Origin: Octopus sinensis
Taxonomy: Eukaryota
Direction of reading: 5' to 3'
Length of the DNA stretch: 64,000 nt
NCBI RefSeq assembly: GCF_006345805.1
Contig: NC_043016.1
Location: 186,001-250,000, forward strand
Positions 1 through 12,895 of the stretch are shown piece after piece. The notes under the pieces are model-generated. The model was given only the letters and a program-made list of their open reading frames with translations. It was not told the DNA's origin and made no database searches. Numbering within the stretch: position 1 is the stretch's first letter; each line of letters opens with the position of its first letter. The translations under genes and the position numbers were made by a program.

Positions 1-208
1 CTTATTTTTATTTCCTAAAACTCTCTAGAGTCAAGACTATTGAAAAGGTTGTAAGATGCAATGAAAATTTTAGGAAAATAAAAATAAGGAATAAGTGGAA
101 ATTTTACCGGTGGCTGTTACATTATAAGGCACAAAAAGAAATGACTGACTCTCCAGACACAACAGAGTAGAATATATAATTATATATATATACATAATAT
201 ATATATAT

Positions 209-248
<40 letters not shown>

Positions 249-399
249 TGCAGCACGGAATTTTGTCAGTGAACAGGTCGCAGATTTTAGCGACGAAAAT
301 ATTTTGAGAAATTAAACTTAAATGTTGAAGTGAATCGAACGGCTTTTGTGTGTTTCTTAAATGGCTTATAAACACCTTCCATGCTGCAATTGTATATAT

Positions 400-436
<37 letters not shown>

Positions 437-1107
437 GCATATATATGTATATATGTGTATATATGTATATATATAATATATTATATATATTATATATATA
501 TATATATAATATATATATATATATTAAAACACACACTTTGCAGACACTTGGCCATTAAAATGTAGAAAGAAAGAAACAAATGCATGCACACACACACACA
601 CACACACGCACACACACACACATACATACACACAAGCATATACTGACACACGCATACACATGCAGTGCAGTATACATGCAAAGATATGTAGAGCACACCA
701 TCATCATCATCATCATCATCATAATCATCGTCTTTCAATATGGTTGAGCAAATCAATCAATCATTACCAGACAGGATTTACAATGCGGGTTTTACCATTC
801 ATCCTTTTGATGGCTAAATACAAATCATAGCTCACGAGACCTCCATTCTGATGATTTTTCCTGAGTCACCATCTCACCCTTATAACTTTCTTTCATTCTG
901 TTGATCTTTTCCACTTCAAAGGTAATCATTTCCTTTTCATTTCTTTCTTCTCTTCTTCATCTTTTTTTTTCTCCTTATTTACTTTCCTCCTTCTTTTTTA
1001 ATGGTTAAACACACAGACATTTAGCTATATACAATATTTAGCACCCACAGAATCAATCCGACATGTACCCGACATTATACATAACACATACACAGATGCA
1101 TAATATT

Positions 1108-1290
1108 GGTTTCCAATTTCGGCACAAGGCCAGCAATTCTGGGGGTGGGGGATAAGTCGGTTACATTCATCCCAGTAATGAACTAGTGCATATTTTATTG
1201 ACCCAGGGAGGATGAAAGACTAAGTCACCATTGGTAGAATTTGAACTCAGAACGTAAAGGCAGATGAAATGCTGCTTAACATTTTGCACT
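1108..1290 (-). mobile_element. SINE family A variant with a different 3' tail
   Basis: Same core plus the tail TGGCCTTGTGCC.AAATT.GAAAC. Decayed relatives at 42020-42470 and 63700-63970. Confidence 0.6.
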
Positions 1291-1790
1291 GCATGACTTT
1301 CCTGAGTTCTTCCACCCTTTGATGGGTCTTTCCTTTTGTCCCATCGGGTGGCCAGCAATCACCCTCCTCACCAAGCAAGCTTGATGGGGTTGCCAGGTTA
1401 GTCACTGATGATCCAATAATGTAACGGGTTGTTGTGGGTTACATGCTACCCGTAGCACCCAAGAGCGACCTGATAACACACATGTATATATACATACATT
1501 CATATGAATATACAAGCACATGTTAACACAAGTTCATGTGTTTATATATAAAATCACACATGTAGCATATGGACATACACACACACACATGCACATACTT
1601 GCAAACACATACACAATATGCTCACAAACACTTGCAGACATACAGACACATGCACGCACATGCAGGTGCAACAGACACATAGACACACAGTTACATGCAT
1701 ATATACAACACATACACAAGCTTGTATACATACATTCAATACTCACACATAAATTTGCAAATGTACATGCACACATACACCTGCACACAA

Positions 1791-1823
<33 letters not shown>

Positions 1824-2352
1824 ATACACACACTTGCACATGCAAACACTTGCACAGACACACATGATGCACATGCACTCATTCACACACATGCACAACA
1901 GATATACACATACATGCACACATATATACAATACTTACAAATGCATGCATACATACCTGTGATACACACCTAAACACACACACACACCTACATATACATC
2001 ACAACTATAATTTCATATTAAATTAAAATCACGCATTAGCAATTATGAGATAAAGATATTTCTTTAAGTTCCCAAAACTCCTTCAGACAAAACCATTTTT
2101 ATCTTAATTTGTCTGCATTGTAGCGGATAATCCAATTTTAGTGTTCAAAACAATGGAATACCAACACAATTAGCACTAGCTCATGTTAAATACACGTGAA
2201 CAGGCATAGAAAATTCATAACTTTGATTACTAAAATCATTATTATTAAGAGCAGGCCGGGAATAAATTAGATATTAGTGACAGAGGTAGTATAGAGACTA
2301 CCAAATGGCAGTCTTTAAATCCAACTTAATGTGGATGTATTATAACAGAACC

Positions 2353-2723
2353 TATTTCTTTACTACCCACAAGGGGCTAAACACAGAGAGGACAAACAAG
2401 GACAGACACATGGATTAAGTCGATTATATCGACTCCAGTGCGTAACTAGTACTTAATTTCTCGACCCCAAAAGGATGAAAGGCAAAGTTGACCTTGGCGG
2501 AATTTGAACTCAGAACATAACGGCAGACGAAATACCTATTTCTTTACCACCCACAAGGCGCTAAACACAGAGAGGACAAACAAGGACAGACAAATGGATT
2601 AAGTCGATTATATCGACCCCAGTGCGTAACTTAGAATGTAATGGCAGACAAAATATGGTTATGCATTTCGCCTGGCGTGCTAACGATTCTGCCAGCTCAC
2701 CGCCCAATACCAGCTTGCCGCCC
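2353..2723 (-). mobile_element. tRNA-derived SINE family A, internally duplicated, with 15-bp TSD
   Basis: Direct repeat TATTATAACAGAACC at 2338-2352 and 2724-2738. Core GACTTTGCCTTTCATCCTTT.GGGGTCGA. Two 3' halves. Confidence 0.8.
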
Positions 2724-3439
2724 TATTATAACAGAACCATAATACTATGGTGTTTGTCCCCAAAAAGTCAATAACAAGGATGTTTTAGAGTATAAACGCA
2801 TTGAGATATCACTAGCTATACTAGTTAATAATGCTTATGCCTTCAGTTTAAGTGTCTTGTCTTGCAAGTTATTTGGCAATATTACCAGTGCTAGTGCCAT
2901 GTAAAAAGCAAAAACAGTTGGCATTAGGAAGAGCATCCAGCCATAGAAACAAAGCCAAATTGGCACAGTCTTCTGTCAAACTATCCTACCTATGTCACTA
3001 TGGAACATGGGCATTAAATGATGCTGTTGCCTACTGCTAGCATTGACGCCAATTCTACTGACAATGATGCCAACACCAGTGACAACAATGCCAATGCCTG
3101 CCACCCCTGCACCTCCTCCATGTCACCCCTGCACTGCCCCTGCGCTGCCCCCATGCCACCTCTGCACCACCCCACACCTTCCCCATGTTCCCCCTACGCA
3201 TCGCCCGTGCCGCCCCCATTCTGCTCCCATGTCGCCCTCGTGCTGGCCCTGTTCCAACTCATGCCGGTATAGAAGGAGGATGTTAAATGTTAATGGTGAT
3301 GATGATAATAATGATGATAATGATGATGATGAGGAGGATATGACAGATTTCCATCAGTTTGCCTCAATCAAATCCACTCACAGGGCTTTGGTCCACTAGG
3401 GGCTATGGTTGAACTGAGCCATTATAAAATCTTTAAAGA

Positions 3440-3808
3440 CAATGTCTGGATTCTTATATTTAGAGCCGCCAACTGGCTTCCGTACCTGTGACACGTAAAA
3501 GGGCACCATTCGAGCATGATCGTTACCAACGTCGCTTCCCTGGCACCTGTGCCGGTTGCACGTGTAAAAAGATTCAAGCGAGGTCATTGCCAGTACCGCC
3601 TGACTGGCCCTGTGCCGATGGCCCGTAAAAGCACCCATTACACTCTCAGAGTGGCTGGCGTTAGGAAGGACATCCAGCTGTAGAAACTCTGCCAGATCAA
3701 GATTGAAGCCTGGTGCAGCCATCTGGTTCACCAGCCCTCAGTCAAATCGTCCAACCCATGCTAGCATGGAAAGCGGACGTTAAACAATGATGATGATGAT
3801 GATGATTT
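3440..3808 (+). mobile_element. RTE 3'UTR copy
   Basis: Same tail GCTAGCATGGAAAGCGGACGTTAAAC(GAT)n. Confidence 0.7.
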
Positions 3809-3849
3809 TATTCTGTGAATTTTAGCATTGCAGTGTCACAGATTTCCAA

Positions 3850-4110
3850 ACGGATAAACTGCATCTTTACTTCTAATACTCTTTGACTACTTCCATTATT
3901 CCAGTCAAGTCAGGTTTGGTCAGTATAAAGATATGCACCATCACAGCACATTGTTGCACCCACCATTTGTCTGTATCTGCTCAGGTTATCACAAGCAACC
4001 CTCAGAGTAATCTTCCTGTCAGCTCCCATCTTCATGAAAAAGAAAATATTCCAGGTTCCCACCCAAATAGTCCTCATCAGGAAGAACTGAGATTCCCTAC
4101 TCCTAGTGGA
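3850..4110 (-). mobile_element. Degenerate RTE-type APE endonuclease 5' fragment
   Basis: ORF 3910-4152 contains TIWVGTWNI, the N-terminal APE motif. Otherwise heavily decayed. Confidence 0.45.
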
Positions 4111-4820
4111 TGTCAGTTTTGCCCCACTTAAGTGACAACTGCCACCAACCAAGCCCCTCCTCCAGGGTTATACCCATTTGGTTGATGGGGGTCCTGACGT
4201 CTTTCTTCCAACCTAATAGGCAGTTGAGGTACTACCCCAGAGAGGAGAACTCAATGGGTATATAGTTAAGTTAAGTTAATTTTTTGGCTCGAGTAGTCAC
4301 TGCAAGTGAGGATTTTACAAGGCTGGAGTCCAAATCCTACATTAACCACTTTTAGTCACCTTTTATGATATGCACAAGAAATGTTGGGTCTGTTCTTTGG
4401 TATGCTGTGTAAGAGTAGGCATGGCTGTGTGGTTAGAAGCTTGCTTCCCAACCACATCGTTCCAGGTTCAGCAAAAGAGACTGATAGAATAAGTACTAGG
4501 CTTACAAAGAATAAGTCCTGGGGTCGATTTGGTCGACTAAAGGTGGTGCTCCAGCATGGCCACAGTCAAATGACTGAAACATGTAAAGAGAGTAACTCCT
4601 TTTATAGAATGTGTAGCTTTTAGGTATTGCTGGCCAATGAGTAAAAACAATAGAATTTGTAGTTGATTTAAATTCAATTCCTTTCTTACGACTCATGTTT
4701 CATGTCAGAAGAGTCGTTGGGTTGTAACTTGATGATCCCTATGAAATGAAAGTAGAGTAGCATAAAAGGAATTTAACCTCTCTCTATATCTATCTCTTTT
4801 TGTACATATACACATATATA

Positions 4821-5235
4821 GGCGTAGGAGTGGCTGTGTGGTAAGTAGCTTGTTTACCAACCAACATGGTTCCGGGTTCAGTCCCACAGTGTGGCACCTT
4901 GGCAAGTGTCTTCTACTATAGCCTTGGGCCGACCAAAGCCTGTGAGTAGATTTGGTTAGACGGAAACTGAAAGAAGCCTGTCGTATATATGTATATAATA
5001 TATATATGGGGTGTGTGTTTGTGTGTCTGTGTTTGTCCCCCTAGCATTGCTTGACAACAGATTGGTGTGTTTATGTCCCCGTTACTTAGTGGTTCGGCAA
5101 AAGAGACCGATAGAATAAGTACTGGGCTTACAAAAGAATAAGTCCCGGGGTCGAGTTGCTCGATTAAAGGTGGTGCTCCAGCATGGCTGCAGTCAAATGA
5201 CTCAAACAAGTAAAAGAGTAAAAGAGAGAGTAAGA
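4821..5235 (+). mobile_element. CORE-type tRNA SINE, family B (resembles octopus OR-type SINEs), full length
   Basis: A-box TGGCTGTGTGG, B-box GGTTCAGTCCC, CORE-like GGCACCTTGGCAAGTGTC, tail CAGTCAAATGACTCAAACAAGTAAAAGAG. Confidence 0.8.
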
Positions 5236-5686
5236 GTATACCTTTTATCCTTTACTTCTTTCAATCATTGGATTACGGCCATACTGGAACACCTCCTTGA
5301 AAGATTTCAGTCAAATGAATTGGCTCCAGTACTTATTTTTTTAAAGCTTGGTACTCACTTATGCTATTGATCTCTTTTGCTGGGCTGTAAACAAACCAAC
5401 ACCAAATGTCAAGAAGTATTGGGGACAAACACAAAGGATGCACATAGATGTGTGTGTGTGTATGTGTATGTGTGTGTGTGTGTGTGTGTGGAGGTGTGGC
5501 TGTGGGGTAAGAAGCTTGCTTCCCAACAAAAGGGTTTGTGGTTCACTCCCACTGAATGGCACATTGGTCATGTGTCTTCTAATATAAGCCTTGGGCCAAC
5601 CAAAGTCTTGTGAGTGGATTTGGTAAATGGAAACTGAAAGAAGTCCATCATATATATATATATATATCATCATCATCATCATATAT

Positions 5687-5994
5687 AATTGATAAATGAG
5701 GGCAAAGAAAAAAAATTCTAATGCCAAATATGCCGAAAAATTGGACATATTGTCCATTAACCATATAATTTTTTCACAAGTATCTCATTTATTTCTTTTG
5801 CCACATGTATCACTGACGAAGAGAGGGCTCTTAGTAGCTAACTCTGAAATCGGTCCGATATGGTAATAATGGAATTTTTTAGAAATTTCTGTCGACCTTT
5901 TTTGTGAAAAAATTATATGGTTGATGGACAATATGTCCAATTTTTCGGCATATTTGGCATTAGAATTTTTTTCCTTTGCCCTTATTTATGAATT
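5687..5994. mobile_element. Fold-back element with ~93-bp inverted arms and an HHR in the spacer
   Basis: 5687-5779 is the near-exact reverse complement of 5902-5994. It lies between simple-repeat tracts. Confidence 0.75.
5808..5865 (+). ncRNA. Predicted type I hammerhead ribozyme
   Basis: TATCA-CTGACGA-AGAG..CTCT-GAAA-TCG gtc CGA-TA-TGGTA. Stem I TATCA/TGGTA, stem II AGAG/CTCT, stem III TCG/CGA, intact core, predicted cleavage after A5860 (AUA). Confidence 0.7.
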
Positions 5995-6095
5995 GTTTAT
6001 AAATTTAACCATTAAAGGTATTTTTTAATATGCTGGCCATTGATAAAATTTTTTCGAGAAAATATTTTTTTCGAAAAGAATCTTATCCTCACATT

Positions 6096-6141
<46 letters not shown>

Positions 6142-6151
6142 ATATATATAT

Positions 6152-6195
<44 letters not shown>

Positions 6196-6294
6196 ATTTT
6201 ATATTATTCATAAGCATTTGATATATATGTATGTAATATATATATATACATATACACACACCACATATATAATATATATACATACATTACATAC

Positions 6295-6348
<54 letters not shown>

Positions 6349-6851
6349 ATATATATATGTACTTATTTATAAGCCAGCAGAAAATAATAAAAGCTGTATT
6401 CAGAGTTTCACGTTCCCGTTCGTCAAACCGTTTTGTTAAAATAGAACCGAAATAACGATATGATCAAAACTAGTTAAAGGACACACCTTTAAAAATGGAT
6501 TTGTTTCATTGGTCCTTTCAAATAACGATCTTAAGCATGTGATAAACGAAATAAACAAAATAAACGAATTCAATATAAATTCATCCTATTATAAAAAATC
6601 GAGGAAAAACCTTAAAGCGAAGAGTGGATTCAAAATACGTATTGCAAGTAATTATATACGATATATAATTCTATTAATACAATTAAAACATTAAAAATTA
6701 AAGTTGAAATTAGAAATTTTCACGCTGCATTACATAAATATTTTACAACAGTATATACGCATACTAAACCATCAATATACATATATACATCAAAATACAC
6801 AGATGGATATACACAGACTACATACATATGCAGACATATTTATGTAAGACG

Positions 6852-7441
6852 GGATCTTTTCCTTTTGAACGGCACTTTGTAACATAATTTCTAGGTAACT
6901 AAAACGTTTTAAACTTCGTACATTGGTAGAATATGTTTATAAAACATCATTTTCTCTTGGCTTTATTGAGAAAATTCTATATGTTGTAAGATATTTCGTC
7001 TTTAATTTCGAGCATTTCGGCAATTTTAACCAATCGCTGACGTCCATTTAGGTAAATAACATTCTGTGCATAATGAATATGTCCTTCCTTTAAGAAACAG
7101 ATTGGGTTTATTTACATTTGGAAGAAAAAAAGATATCCTTCCCCAACACCTAACCCTAACTAATTTTCTTCGCAAATGTAAATAAACCCAATCTGTTTCT
7201 TAAAGGAGGGACATATTCATTATGCACAGAATGTTATTTACCTAAATGGACGTCAGCGATTAGTTAAAATTGCCGAAATGCTCGAAATTAAAGACGAAAT
7301 ATCTTACAACATATAGAATTTTCTCAATAAAGCCAAGAAAAAATGATGTTTTATAAATATATTCTACCAATATACGAAGTTTAAAACTTTTTAGATACCT
7401 AGAAATTATGTTACAAAGTGCCGTTCAAAAGGAAAAGATCC
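6852..7441. mobile_element. Non-autonomous foldback DNA transposon (MITE; MULE- or hAT-like by TSD length)
   Basis: ~270-bp inverted arms starting GGATCTTTTCCTTTTGAACGGC and ending GCCGTTCAAAAGGAAAAGATCC. Flanking 8-bp direct repeat GTAAGACG at 6844-6851 and 7442-7449. ~50-bp spacer contains CCTAACCCTAAC. Confidence 0.85.
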
Positions 7442-7667
7442 GTAAGACGTAAATATACACACATATACATATGTATACATATGTACGCAATCATGCTCGC
7501 ATGCAAAAATCACTTGTTGTATACATATAGACGAGACGTAAAACGCAGAGTGGGAGAAGGGAAAGAAAAGGGAAGGATCTTATATGTAACAGTTAGCGAG
7601 AGAAAGAGGTGAGTAAGAGGAGGGGGAGAGGCGCGCAAAGTTAAAGGACTCTGTACAAGTAACGAAT

Positions 7668-7800
7668 AGGGGGAGAAAGAATACTTTTCCGTAAGGAAGG
7701 AAAAGAAAGAAAGAAAGATAGGAGGCTGAATATGTGTAACGAACGTACACAAAATAAAATTATGTATACTTGTGTATATAAAAGTGTATATTAGCAATAA
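7668..7800 (-). repeat. Inverted copy of the PLE 3' region (inverted pLTR) at the 5' junction
   Basis: Reverse complement matches 9575-9708, e.g. CATATTCAGCCTCCTATCTTTCTTTCTTTCTTTTCCTTCCTTAC. Confidence 0.85.
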
Positions 7801-9059
7801 ATCCCTTCTTTTTTACGAGGATTCCACCTGGTTAAGAAGAGTGAGGATTCTCCTTTCGATGTACCGATGGGGACATACAACGGGGCTGAGTTATGTATGC
7901 TCATAGGAGCTTATATTCTACACAATCTAAAGCTAGAATTCCCGTTTATAGACGCAGGATTATGTAGGGATGACGGCCTTATAGTCACCCATAATTTAAA
8001 CGGCCATGGATCAGATAAACTTATTGCTTTCTTCCAAAGGATGGGTTTACGGGTTACGATAGATACTAACCTGAAAAGTGTAAATTTTTTAGATGTAAAT
8101 TTGGATTTACAGTCGGATAAATTTAAATCTTACCGTAAGCCTAATGATAAGCTATCTTATATTAGCAAAGAATTCAATCATCCGTCAGTTATTCTCAGGA
8201 ACTTAGTCAGTAATGTAGGTAGACGAATATCGTCAATTTCTTCAGATGAGGCAGCATTCCAAAACGCCACACCTTATTACAATAGCGCATTAAAGAATAG
8301 TGGATTCTCTGAGAAAATTCAGTATAACCAACTTAATGTTAGCAGTAATGCTATACGTAGAACTAGGAGTAGGAAAGTTTTCTGGTTTAACCCAGCTTTC
8401 AATATGGCCGTAAAAACAAATATAGATAGAAAATTCTTAAAATTAGTCTGTAGACATTTTTAACCTGACCATAAGTTTTATAGAATATTTAATCGAAGAA
8501 CGCTTAAGATCAGCTATTCTTGTTGCAAAAACTTTGCCTCTTTTATTAACCAACACAACAGTAGGATAATTGCTAATAATCATAGAGCCGATTCTCCTCT
8601 TGAAAATTGTAATTGCAAAGACAGGTCCTCCTGTCCGTTGGAAGGAAAATGTCTGGAGAAAGGAATCGTCTATAGGGCCAAGGTGCAGATAGAAGGCTCA
8701 CGCGAATATAGAACTTAAACAGGGGCTTCTGAAAATTCTTTCAAAACCAATTTTAATCGCATAAAAATTCCTTCAGATACCCCGAAAATAGGACGAAGAC
8801 CAGCCTGGCAAAATATATCTGGGAATTAAAAGAAAAAGAAGCCCGACCTTTCAACGTGACATGGAGTATTTTGGATAGAGCTGCACCTTAAAGGCACGGT
8901 ACACATAAAAGACCCATCATATGTGATTTATGCCTGCAGGAAAAATATTTCATTTTATTCCAGGACAAAAACTCTTTGAATCAAAGACGTAAACTCTCGA
9001 ATTCCTGCAGACACGCAACTAAATTTAAAATGTCGGCTAGCAATATACAATATGGATAG
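7800..9059 (+). mobile_element. Penelope-like retroelement, 5'-truncated RT plus GIY-YIG endonuclease (Naiad-like), pseudogenised
   Basis: SLLF..W.KK..FDVPMGTYNGAELC, RDDGL, VNFLDV, YRKPND, WFNP. After a TAA stop: KISYSC, CNCK..CPLEGKC, IVYRAKV..(Y)TGAS, YIWELK, CDLCLQEK, CRH. Stops and frameshifts are present. Confidence 0.9.
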
Positions 9060-9744
9060 TGTATATTCTTGATTCTTGGACTAGTTTTTAATCACACTGT
9101 TGGATTTGTTTCTTATTATACATGATTTATTTTGCATCGCAGAGTTATTGTATATATTTCAACATATTTCTTAAGAAAAGCCTTCGACTGTTATATGCAA
9201 ATATTATTATTTTCTTGTTTAGGATTCTGCTTTTATTTAATTTAATTTTATTGTATTTTATAAACCATTTTAAATCGTTTAATTTATAGATAATTCGATA
9301 TAGGGTGTTCTATTTTACAAGTCTTTTATCTAAATTATATTTATGCACTCAGCAATTTTTAAGAATAAGGTTGTTTGTATATACGTCAGGACCTAGACAT
9401 GTTTTTATGTGAATATTTGTACTGTTAGCATGCATATGTATTCGTATGTATGTGCCAATGTATATGTGTAAGTAAGCATGTATGTTTGTACTTATGCACA
9501 TACATACACTTGAATTTGTGTGGATGTGTATTTACGTACTTATCTCTATATATTTATATGTGTTCTTATATGTGTATTTACTGCTAAAATACACTTTTAT
9601 ATACACATGTATACGTAATTTTATTTGTATACGTTCGTTATACATATTCAGCCTCCTATCTTTCTTTCTTTCTTTTCCTTCCTTACAGCAAAGTATTTTT
9701 TCTCCCCCTAGGGATATTGTTGTGGGTTCGCACTAGGTAAGAAG

Positions 9745-9892
9745 TTAAATTTTTTTTTGCCTATGACACTATATGGACCCTAAGTAAGGCATGTGTAAAA
9801 TTTGAATGAAATTAGTTGTGTAGTTCTCAAGTTTTAGAGATTCCCACAGACAGACAGACACACATTTTCATCTTTATATATATATATATAGA
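9745..9892 (+). mobile_element. Possible Helitron/Helentron-type non-autonomous terminus
   Basis: GTGTAAAATTTGAATGAAATT..GTAGTTCTC..ACAGACAGACAGAC..TTTATATATATAGAT resembles DINE-1/Lep1-like ends. Resemblance only. Confidence 0.3.
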
Positions 9893-10860
9893 TTATATAT
9901 ATATATATAGATTATCAGTTTTAATGATGAATCTCATCTTATCAAATATTAGTAAAAATTTATAAAAATATGTAGTGAAAATAGTTTATCTTCTGTCTGG
10001 GGGTCAAAAGCATGTCTGGAGTTGATATTTTCTTTAAATATAGTTTGGTATAGAGTTCAAAGTATTAGGGCAGGCATGTAGTTGTCTATTATCTAAAAAA
10101 ATCTCCGTAGGTTCCTGCCAAGGGAGTGGCTTAAAAGCATATATATATATATATATCACTTTTAGTTTGCCTATAGAATTTAGAGACAGCACTGAAAGTT
10201 ACAATATTTCGTATGCAAATACATCCATGTAAACATGAAACTGAAGATAGAAAAACACACAATGAGTGTATATGCATATTTCAGGAGTTATTCCTTCAGT
10301 GCCACATCCAACCAATTAACTAATCCACAACCACATTACTTTGATAGCCACTAAGATTAGCAGATTAACATTATTAGATGGACCAATTTACATATAAATC
10401 ACATTCCTAGCAACTGGAAGGTAAATATCAAATTGGTTGTAGGGTCATCATATTCGATGTGCAACCTTAATAACCCATCAAGTATATTAAATGTTTATAA
10501 GTCAACACAGTGTTCTGTTTCAGTATTGGTAGTATGATGCAATCACTTTAAAGTTATCTCTACAGTTGCAAGGAATGTTTTAAATATGTGAAATGGTCTA
10601 TCCAATAGTGTTATGCTGCTAAACTTAGTGGCTATTTAAGTGATGTATGCGATACTGAAGAAAGAGCAAGAAATCCTGAAATGTGCATATACATCTATTT
10701 CCTATTTTTCTATCTTTGATTGCATTATTTACATAGATGTATTCCTATATGAAACTTTTTAACTTTCAGTGCTGGCTCTACAACAGTCCCAGACCAGACA
10801 AAAGCCTTATGAATGGATTTGGTAGATGGAAACTGAAAGAAGCACATTGTGTGTGTGAGT

Positions 10861-10894
<34 letters not shown>

Positions 10895-10982
10895 ATGTCA
10901 TATCATCATCATCATCGTTAACGTCTGCTTTCCATGCTAGCATGGGTTGGATGATTTGACTGAGGGCTGGTGAATCAGATGG

Positions 10983-11056
<74 letters not shown>

Positions 11057-11078
11057 TATAATACACACACACAATATA

Positions 11079-11214
11079 TATAATCATAATAAGCAACAAG
11101 GATATCCAAGGTAGTGTAGTACAATCGTTCATGCTACTTCATTTAATAAAATGAAGTAGCATGAAATGATTGTACTACACTACCTTGGATATCCTTGTTG
11201 CTTATTATGATTAT
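11079..11214. repeat. Near-perfect 136-bp hairpin
   Basis: AATCATAATAAGCAACAAGGATATCCAAGG / CCTTGGATATCCTTGTTGCTTATTATGATT. Confidence 0.8.
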
Positions 11215-11589
11215 AATCACCCCATTTGATTTATATGGATAATAACATACCAAATTCTGGTGCCTTTAACTTAAGTAGCATATTCATCTGAATTTAAATT
11301 TTGCTGAACTTATATATAATAGAAAAATATTTCCAAAAGAAAATAGAAACTAACATGGAAAAAATATGGGGAAAGTAAGAAGAAATAAAGCAAAAATGCA
11401 CTGAACTGAGGAAGAATTAAGATGAATAAAAGTCATTATTTTGAATTGTTAAAGAGATTCAAAGTCATACCAGTATCTATCATCAATATTGAGAAAAAAG
11501 GTCACCAGAATTTTGGAAAAAAATCTTTTTATTTCTTCCTTAATATAAGCACTTTTGTGCATTTCTCGAACTTGTCAAAAAGAATTTTG

Positions 11590-11791
11590 CGAGCTGACAG
11601 AAACATTAGGACGCCAGGTGAAATGCTGATCGGTATTTTGTCTGCTGTTACGTTCTGAGTTCAAATTCCACCGAGGTCAACTTTGCCTTTCATCCTTTCA
11701 GGGGGTCAATGGTCAATATAATTGACTTAATCCCTTTGTCTGTCCTTGTTTGTCCCCTCTATGTTTAGCCCCTTGTGGGTAACAAAGAAAT
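11590..11791 (+). mobile_element. SINE family A with 10-bp TSD
   Basis: AAGAATTTTG at 11580-11589 and 11792-11801. B-box GTTCAAATTCC. Confidence 0.8.
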
Positions 11792-11947
11792 AAGAATTTT
11801 GTGAATGTACAGTACAAACAGCTTGTTCCTTTATATAAAACAGATGTTTTGAGGGGATTTTGTTTAGAAGAGGAGAACATTGTTTTTGTTTCTTGGGTGA
11901 GGTTCCATGACAATGGAGAGAGATAGAAAGATAGGTAGGTAGATAGG

Positions 11948-11994
<47 letters not shown>

Positions 11995-11995
11995 G

Positions 11996-12330
11996 TTTCT
12001 TTATTGGCCACACAGGGCTGCACACAGATGGGACAAGTTACAAGGTAGAGCTTTTCTTTTGGGGGATGAAAAAAAACAAAAAAACAAAACCAAAGGGAAG
12101 AAAAAGAACAAAAAAAAAAAATAAAAAAAAGGAAAAGGAATAAAAGAAAAGAGAAATGAAAAAAAGGAGAAAAAAGGGGAAAAAGAGGGGAAGAGGAAAA
12201 AAAATAAAACAATCAATAGGGATTGTATCACAGTGTTATGATGTATGGTGTAAAGGGGAAGCAAGTAAGTAAGTTTATTCGTGGGAAGAAAAGCCTACGA
12301 AAAAGACCACGGTAACCTTGGTCAATATTG
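11996..12330 (-). mobile_element. Probable non-LTR retrotransposon 3' end abutting (TCTA)n
   Basis: Minus strand ends GTGTGGCCAATAAAGAAACT followed by (TATC)n. T-rich 3'UTR. Clade not determinable. Confidence 0.35.
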
Positions 12331-12374
12331 TTATATGTTACCACATTTGTTTGCAAGTGGGTAACCCTCTGTTT

Positions 12375-12417
12375 TCAATTTCTGGGTTCATAGATAAGTA
12401 GATAGATAGATAGATAA

Positions 12418-12509
<92 letters not shown>

Positions 12510-12510
12510 A
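12375..12510. repeat. (GATA)n microsatellite, also at 11925-11995, 12835-12895 and 27820-27915
   Basis: Direct reading. Confidence 0.95.
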
Positions 12511-12832
12511 CAGATCTAGAGAGATAGATCGACTAATCTAGACAAGTAGAGAGAGAAAAGCAGAGACAGTATATTTTGTATTCTAAACAACTCAGAGGAG
12601 AAAAAGAAAGACAAGAGAAGGAAAGAGGAGAAAAAAAGAAGAAAAGGAAAAAGAAAGAAGGGAAGCAGGGAGAGAAGAGAGAAAGAAAGCAAAAAGACTT
12701 TCAGTGAGGACCCACCACACCTTTTTTTCTTTTGAAGAGGTTACCATCCTTTAACCCATTCCAATACAATGGTAAATGACTAAATAAATGAATGATGAAG
12801 AGGGAGGGAGATACCCTTTCTTTTTATCTCCC

Positions 12833-12895
<63 letters not shown>

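Noticed and set aside
7140-7165. Telomeric repeat
   Set aside because: Fewer than two CCCTAA units, inside a transposon spacer.
8461-8720. In-frame stops in the Naiad-like PLE as possible selenocysteine codons
   Set aside because: The stops read TAA, not TGA, and frameshifts are also present. This is simple decay.
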